Assembly: GCA_903813345.2 (NCBI GenBank)
Contig: CAIIXF020000001.1
Location: 992,001 to 1,056,000, forward strand
Direction: 5' to 3'
Source: Owenia fusiformis
Taxonomy: Eukaryota
DNA length: 64,000 bases
Part shown: in pieces, positions 37,866 through 64,000 of the stretch
Position numbering within the stretch: position 1 is the first letter of the stretch
Layout: each line of letters begins with the position of its first letter
Made by a program: the position numbers and the translations under genes
Notes under the pieces: model-generated
The model's database searches: none
Seen by the model: only the letters and a program-made list of their open reading frames with translations
Told to the model about the DNA's origin: nothing

Positions 37866-40800
37866 AACTCTATATAGTCACACGGTATGACTCTCACTTC
37901 TAATTGCACATGAGAGCTGCATTGTTCGAACCAATTAAGTAACTTTCAAGAAAAGATGAAAAATATGTTATAAGTATTGCCTAAATCACTTTAAATGTGC
38001 GCGTGTAATGACTTTCATGGTGTCATATTCCCTCGCTTAGCCAATTTCTGAGTGAAAAACGTCAGCTTGTGGGTTTTTTAACCAAAAATACTTAGTAACG
38101 AGACAACGATTTATGAATACAGTTCCCACAAGTCATGATCATTCTTCAAGATGGGGCTTCGTTGAGATTAGAAGAGAAACGAAATACCCTTGGACTAACC
38201 CTAAAGGCTGCAACCTTTTTGTAACACTTAGTCGCAAGGGGAGGGTCATTTGGACCCAACTCTGACTGATTTCAATAATGTTGGTATTGTTGTTAACCTC
38301 ATTCAATTAACTTTTCACATATTTATTCTTTTTTTTAAAATAGGTCAACAAAGGTCAAATCGAGGTCAACGCGACCTAGGGGTGAACAATTTGACATTTT
38401 GTGATAATTCTTTTACAGGATTAGAAACAAGGTACAGTAACTACAAATATTTTATGATTTTCATTTTTTGTTGGCATCAATTTCCAATCACCTTAATTTT
38501 ACGCCAAAAAGTGTCATTTATCTGTGGCTCGGGCTAAAAATAGGTCTAAAGGAGGCATAACAAAATTTCGCAAAAAAGTACGATTGAAAAAATCGAGGGG
38601 GGATCAGACATTAGGCTAAGGATGCCACGCGTTCGAGAATCGCATTTCTCAAATTGGATGACTATCAAGGAACAAAACAAGAAGCTTTTTATGACAATTA
38701 CACTGGGTGAAAAATATTTTGTTATAAGGACCTTTGCTTCGAAATTTTAGTTTTAGTTTGGAAACAATATTACGGACACGGTCATAAGTGATAACTGGCA
38801 AAATCAACCCTGGCGAACGTGCAATTACAGTAGGTCGAAAATTGATGATAAATCTGATGAATTTTTGAAAATCGACTTTCCCATATAAACCAATCGGAAA
38901 TGGAAGGTTTGCCGCAAGTCATATGACAGAATATTCATTTATCTAAGTTCTTGCAAAAATACAACAATGGTAGTCGATTGAACTTGCTAACTTTATTTAA
39001 TAAAAAGTTGAGACGTGTCTTCAAGTTAAAAAATATTATTTTTCAAAAAACTTCTCCCGTTGAAATAACATATAGTAATTTTATCATTTTGTAACATCAG
39101 CCTTTTCTAGCGCAAATTTGGTTACGGTAGATTGGAACTGATTTTAGTATGCCTAGTGTAGGCCCGCAAATATCCCAAATTGTGTGCTAAAAGGGGTTGA
39201 TTAATTCCACAAAATGGTACACGGCTCATAATACACCATTTTAAAGCTAATGACTTTGGGATTCCAGAAATGAATTTTAGTCTTCTGTGACGCTATATTT
39301 TTGGGATTGAATTAAACTCAGATATGTATTTCTGATTTTTCCAATTTTTCCTTTTTATCAGAGAACCACTGGAATCCGATATAATAATCATAAGACCACA
39401 GAGTATCACCTTTGTGCATGGTCCTATCCCGGCGGGGTCCTATACCTTATGCACATATTGATGACAGCATGGGAATAAAGTTTGACCGAGCGTTAGTAAG
39501 AACAATGTTTGAACCAAACATGTGACATAAAAGTTGATAAAGTTTTGTCTTTCAAACAAACGAAGTAACACCTGGACATTCATAAAACCATTGCAAACAT
39601 CAATGGGCCTCCTCAGGAAACGCCCGCATCCCCACCAAGGCTAAAATATAATTTTTGGAATTAGAAAACAGGTATTATCAGTAGAAATTATAGTAATAAA
39701 AATTGTAAATTACAAACCTGATTATTTGTTGTTTTCTCTTTGTCATATACGTAGAAAGCGTCAGTATATTTTCCACAAATCGAAATAGTCATTATAGTTA
39801 AATATAAGTACTTTACAGCCAAACGTCCCCCAAGCATCCCGTCTTCCACACAGTCGCACAGGAACACGCACGTTATACTTATCTAGAGATATTTGATTCC
39901 TGATTTACTGATACAATCTATGACAACAATTGGTTCTTCAATTCTCTAATTACTTTGAACTGTGTACCTCACGATTAACTTGACAGCTAAAGCGCCTTTT
40001 TATTTTGTCTCATTTGTCGGCAATCAACACTTTAAGAATTGCAACTAATGATGATTGTCTCCTCCGGAACTTCTTATTAATATTTTACGCCCTCAGTCAG
40101 TTGATCTCTCGTCTCTATGGCTGAATAATATTCAGTGGATGCGCTCTCCGGAAACTCTATTTTATTTGCCATGAATGCGATACCTTGTTAGTAAAATGAC
40201 TAATAAGACATAGCCCAATTACAAATACTATGAGTATTGACTCTTCTTCCAATTATATTGATCCAACTCCAGATATTACGGTCATAAAAGTGGTGACCAA
40301 AGTCGGTCAGAAGTCGTAAAGATAGGCAGCTGATTACAACGTCCCATTATAGCAAGCCACCGATGTAATACACCATTATAAAGTCGGGTCAAAGTATATA
40401 TCATTGTAAAATTTACGTCCTTTTCTATGACGGAAGGAAAAGAACATGTCCGAAAATCCAGGTTACTGAGACTAACTTTCGCTAAACGAATTTGTTCCCA
40501 AGAGCTCTACTCACACTACCCCGGGATTCTTCACGCTAATCAGTTGTTGAATTGTACTCTCTCCGGGTTGGGCACAACACGACCCTGACAGAACAGATCA
40601 TTGTTGCTATTTGATGCCAGAGAATCCAATGCATTGCTAATTAACTGGATCATGATTAAAAATGGCAAATAGGCAAGACGAGGAATCCTATGAATCCAAT
40701 AGATTTTGAAAATGAAACGATTTTGAAAAAATGCTTTGCTCTTGATCTATCATTCGATTTGAAAAATAATAGTGATGGGCTGCAGATTGATCAACCAACA

Positions 40801-43368
40801 AAAAAATAAGGAACACGAGGCCAAAGTGGGCAACTGAATCGAAATGGAACTCTCTATCAAATGAATAAACGATATTATGATATAGGACAAAGTATCTAGC
40901 ACTACTGAAAAATCTTAAACTGTAATCGCACATTTCAAGTTCGCTTGGAAAGGGGAACACTTGCTTCAAAGACAAACAATGAACAATTTGCTCAGGAAAT
41001 TGCAGCTCGCCGAAAATTAGATGAACCCTTATAAAATGGACAAAAGCTACTTATCAAAACCCAAGGTAGTCTTTGACTATAGGATGTACAGGTCTGTCTG
41101 TATACGTACTTTATTGGTTTACAAACACCCACCCATTTTGTGCATTCACATGAAATCAATTACGCGCAACAAAGAAATTCGAACTCACTAATTGAGAGAC
41201 ATTTTCGGTCAATGAGCTTGTCTTGAGATCACACAAACAACTCGTCTAGAGATCACACAAACAACTCGTAAATATATTTGAAATTCATATTTGTTCTTAA
41301 GATCACATAAAATTGAAATCAATGATATTACTCTTCCAATGGGCGTTAATTCGAGGCACCTCCAAAATTACTCCCATGGGCGTTTATAGCGAGGAAAAAG
41401 TGCCATGCGTTATTCCTTTTTATGGTCATCATATTTAGGATGAACACTCTTTCTTTGAAAAGTATACGCGTTTGTTATAGGCGTTGAATACAAAATGCCA
41501 GTCACGAAACAGTGGATGTTCCATGTGTCACGTCAGAAAAACCGTCACATTTGAACTGCGTCACTTGAATACGGCATTGTTGTATAACGAGCAGGCAGTA
41601 GAGGGATAATTTGTCAAGAATCCAAATTAAAACGTCATTAGTTCACATATTCAATTGATTGTTCTATTGGATTTATGGGGAATATTATACAACAATAACC
41701 ATTGCGGAGGCTTACTCAACAGCAAGAAAAAATAATGTGATATCTGAACGAATAACAACGCAACAATACGATGCAATTCAACAAGATCACAAATAAATTC
41801 AATGCCAATCAGTGTATTAGTGTCTGCATACTCACTCAAAACATTGGACATTATTGGACTCCCTCAGCTCACATTAAGAACAATCTGACGTGATATGTAT
41901 GTATGAATGGGTTATGACGGCCGAACCATGACGTGACTATTTTATAATTAGTGCTAATTTTGATTTGAAGTTAATCTTTGCTCGTTTACACAGTCTATTC
42001 TCATATACGTAATCTTGAAGATCTCGACTTATAAAATATCAAACACACAGATACCATGTCTTCGGTGGGGATTATTTCTATTATTAAACAATACTTGATG
42101 ACACCAATGATGCACTTGGCAGAAAGAGTGTCGATTTACGAAATGCGACGACGATGACAAAGAGACGATTGGTGATGACCCCGTTTCCCTCGACATTGTA
42201 TATCAAGTAGCACCAGCGTCATTATGTTTGATCACAAATGGCTTTCAAAACATTCATTCTCCAGCACATTTCCAAAATGGGATGCTCCTAGTCCTATCCA
42301 GATCAGATATGAAAGTACACAACCCCAATTAAAATGATAGAAAAATCACTCTGTGTTATCAAAATTAAGCTACATACGAACGTTCCACATTGCCTCTTTC
42401 GGAGAGAGTAGTACTTGACAAAAATAATCTCAATTTGACTTCCAAAAGCTGCTATGTAATTTGCACGCTTACTCGATGAGGTGCGATTTGATCATTTCAA
42501 TCACAGTCCCGAAGTGACCATGTATAATTGAACGATTCTAATAGCTGGCTGGTGGTGAATTTGCTATCACACAATATTATATGGAATTAGCCTTTTAGTA
42601 ACAAGATAGAACTTATCCACTGAAATGTTTTGATGTTGCCTTCCTTGACATTTCATAAGGGCCAGAATTTTTAAATGGCTCACAAAAACCTTGAGTCTAA
42701 CTGACATCACATATTAAAAATCCAAATAAGATTTAATAAATCCCGGCTTCTTTATATTTCGCTATTTTCCCCGGATGAAGAAAAAACAGATTATCATTAA
42801 AATAAATCAATTGAGCAATTTAATCAAATTTTTAAACTTGTAAAATATCTGAAGACATCCAGTTTTATAAACCTCTTTTTTGGCTTATATTTTCCAGATA
42901 TTTGACTTTGCACCCGAGTAACAAAATGCTCTCAAAAACAGTGCATCAAAAATCGAAGCCAATCAGGGGGCAAATCATTGCATTTAGTATTCAAAAGGGA
43001 GACCAAAATACATAATACAGGTCTGCTAGTGTGTTGACGAGGCGAGACAAGGATTTGAAAGATCGAAATAAATAATTGACGTATGAAAGAGCCTTATAAA
43101 AATAAGATGCTTTCCAAAAGTTTTATGTTAAACCATGCACTTTTTGTGACGCGTTTCACATAAAATAATGCAAATGGGGCTAACGTGTTCTAAATTCCAG
43201 TCTAAATACAGCTTTTGAGGTAAACCAACGCGATCACGTTACTGGAAATTGCACATTCTTGATTTCAAAATTGGCCATACATCAAAGGATGTCAAGAGCA
43301 ACGTTTCTTCATTATCAGTCCCTCACAATAGTTTTTCAAAAGTTCCTTACAAGTTAAATAAATATGTC

Positions 43369-44552
43369 TATCTTATACTTGAGTGATTTTGGGGTAGATA
43401 TCACCCGGGAATATATCATATCCGAGGAGCGGGCGGGATATATTATATATGTCCCGCTCCAGGAAAAATGCGAGCAGATATAATGGGAATTTTCAAGTCT
43501 AATTTTTTTAATATAAATTGTGCTTTAATTACTATAGGCCTACAATATCTTGTCATTTGAAAAAGGTTGTAATAAGGGTATACCTTCCTCGAACCCTCTC
43601 AAGTATGAGATACACCAGTTACATGGATCTACGATCGGTTTTGGATATAGGGTATATTCCTCCCTATATGAGGTTCAGGATATTGGGATTATCCCGAGGC
43701 CAATATAATATATCTGCCCGAGGGCCGAAAGTCCCGAGGGAAAATATATTATATTGGCCAAGGGATAATCCCAATATCCTGAACCGACTATATTGTATTG
43801 TATTGTTTTTTGTTTACCACCAATGAAGGTGAGCAATACTTCTTGGGTATGTCCCGTATATACGGTCGTAATTTACGTAATTAACATGGAAGATAGACCC
43901 AGAAACCCCTCCTTGGAGGAGCCCTGTGTTCTTTTATGTGCACTTATATATAGAAATACAAGTACACACCACATCCTTTTGTACGAGTTGCGTACCACTC
44001 AGTCAAACACCCTGAAGTACTTCAAACAAGCAAATTTAGTCTTGCCTGAACCGGGGATCGAATCCGTGACCTATTGCGTAAGAGGTACCTACGCTACCGC
44101 TGAGCTACACGGGTGGACTATAGGATGATCTGTTTATCCCAAATCGATCTTGGTCATCTGGTTCACATCGTTCAATTGGCCACCGCGGAAATATTTTAGA
44201 ATATTCATGTCCAGTTTTGTTTTCTTGGCAATTACTTTATCCCATTATCACTTAATCAATCAAAAAATTCGAGAAAATAAATGTGGGAATATTTGAGAGA
44301 ACAGGAAAATCCGCCCACGACCAAGAAAACAAAACTGGACATGAATATTCTAAAATATTTCCACGATTGAACAATGTGAACCAGATGACCAAGATTGGTA
44401 TGGGATAAACATATTATCCTATAGTCGGTTCAGGATATTGGGATTATCCCGAGGCAAATATAACATATTTGCCCGAGGGCCGCATATAGGATAATCTCTA
44501 TATATCCCTCAGGATATATCCTATATTCAAAACCTCCCAGTACATAACCCTT
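43369..44552. mobile_element. Diverged copy of the 20735-21222 family containing a nested foldback element (about 43670-44485) that itself contains the SINE
   Basis: Starts tatcttatacttgagtg..ggggtagatatcacccggg and ends aaaacctcccagtacataaccc. Internal long inverted repeats lie at 43672-43786 and 44120-44228/44320-44424. Confidence 0.75.
43793..44119 (-). mobile_element. tRNA-derived SINE
   Basis: Minus-strand head agtccacccgtgTAGCTCAGCGGtagcg...cacgGATTCGATCCCcggttcaggc (Pol III A and B boxes) and a (CAATA)n tail. A second copy lies at 4091-4503. Confidence 0.85.
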
Positions 44553-45264
44553 ATTTATCAGTGGCTTCTGAACCATTGAAATATTCATTATTGATCAATT
44601 TGTTAAGTGTTTCTTCAAAACAATCCATCTTTAACAATCAATCAATCTGGAGTGGAGATATTTAAACTTTGAAAAATCACTATTGTTCAACCTTTAAAAG
44701 ACAACAAAAATAGAAATAAGTATATTGTACATGTTAATAATAATTTTATATTCTATATACAACTGCGTGTCCAGTACATACATGTACATGTGTACAAATG
44801 CAATGAAGATGATACAATGATCAGTAGATCACATTTAAATTCGGTATAAATGAGTTATTGAATACAACTGTGTTATTCATGTTGTTCATACATGTAATTC
44901 GTTCATAGATCACTTAATCACTGTAAATCACTGCTTAGTGATTCAACAGCTGAGCCTATTTTCAACTCTGTACAAATATGTGCATGACTGGCAAATAAAA
45001 AGTTCTTATATGTGTCACCGTTCCCCAAATTATGGCCTGATTTGTATGCATTTCTCATTTTCCAAAGGAACTTACTGATATATACATCCTTTACTTCCCA
45101 CACCAACCAGATGTCAACTTAACTGTGACTTTTCAAGTCCTTAATACTATTAAAATTATCTAAACCAGAGACATAATATTCATCAATATCCTCTGGCTCA
45201 TTTATGCGACATCCTGCATGAATGACTATATTCAGTTCATTACAGTCCAGTATTCCATCCATGT

Positions 45265-63239
<17,975 letters not shown>

Positions 63240-64000
63240 CTAGAAAACAAGATTTTACCAATACATTTTAGAATTTCACACAATTTAATTTTCAAAACAA
63301 GGACATAAACATGCAAAACAAGTCTCCATCATGAAAATGCGTAGACAATGTTTTTACAGAGAAGATTTTAGGACAGAAAATCCAAAATGGCTGCCTTAAC
63401 ATTGACCCAGAATGCCCAAAAACTAATTAGTTTGAGATTACAAAGAATCATCCCTGAAAAATTCATATTGATCCATCAAAGAGTATGCCTAAATCACATA
63501 GACAAGATTTTACAATGGAAGCTTCAAAAATGGCTGAAGATCAAAAAGCAGATTTTTTTACTATTTTTTTCTTTTTACAAAAATTATCACATTTAATTAC
63601 TGTTAACAGTAACAAGGGTTTTCATACAGGACACCTGAAATTATTTTATAGTTTAATTAGGAAAAATTCAAAAGCATCTTATGAATTTGATAATGTTTGC
63701 AGACAACAATTTTAGCATTTGACTTCAAAATGGTTGACATCGAGTCAAAGATAGTACCGCATCTGTGAGTACTCAAAGTTATCTCTGTGAATTTTAAGGT
63801 GACTATTTCGAATATTAAAGCATATATCATCAGTTGTGTGAAAGTATAAACTAGTACATGGAGTATTGTGCTTGAACAGAATGCCAGCCTGAAATAAGAA
63901 CCAACTGATGCGTTGGCCACAAAAACTAGTCACAAAAATGGTAACTATAACAATATGTCTAAATGTGTTATTGATGACCAAGTATTTAAACAATGACAAT

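Noticed and set aside
44040-44119. tRNA gene
   Set aside because: A and B boxes are present but it is the head of a dispersed SINE with body and tail. I could not build a convincing cloverleaf.

Overview
AT-rich genomic DNA from an animal, most likely an invertebrate bilaterian and probably a lophotrochozoan (inference from the peptide sequences). It is not prokaryotic: it has spliceosomal GT-AG introns, LINEs, SINEs and MITEs. The right third holds the 3' part of mTOR on the minus strand, traced by hand as 31 coding exons (about 1468 aa, HEAT-FAT-FRB-kinase-FATC); its 5' exons lie beyond base 64000. The left two thirds are mostly transposon debris and minisatellites but contain two small terminal exons of neuropeptide precursors facing each other tail-to-tail. 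One (14374-14568, +) encodes RKR-QPIQCLISAVSCY-GKKK. The other (30369-30602, -) encodes KR-GGGQRQRTHKEAKQCYWSAVSCF-GRRKRR. Both are amidated C-x6-C peptides of the allatostatin-C/somatostatin family, and the second resembles arthropod AstCC/AstCCC. This paralogue pair, linked to mTOR, is the most interesting signal in the window. I could not confidently locate the signal-peptide exon of either gene. Other oddities are minisatellites that have amplified a real 5' splice site and a real 3' splice site of mTOR, a young L1/Tx1-like insertion with an intact TSD, and several nested non-autonomous elements.
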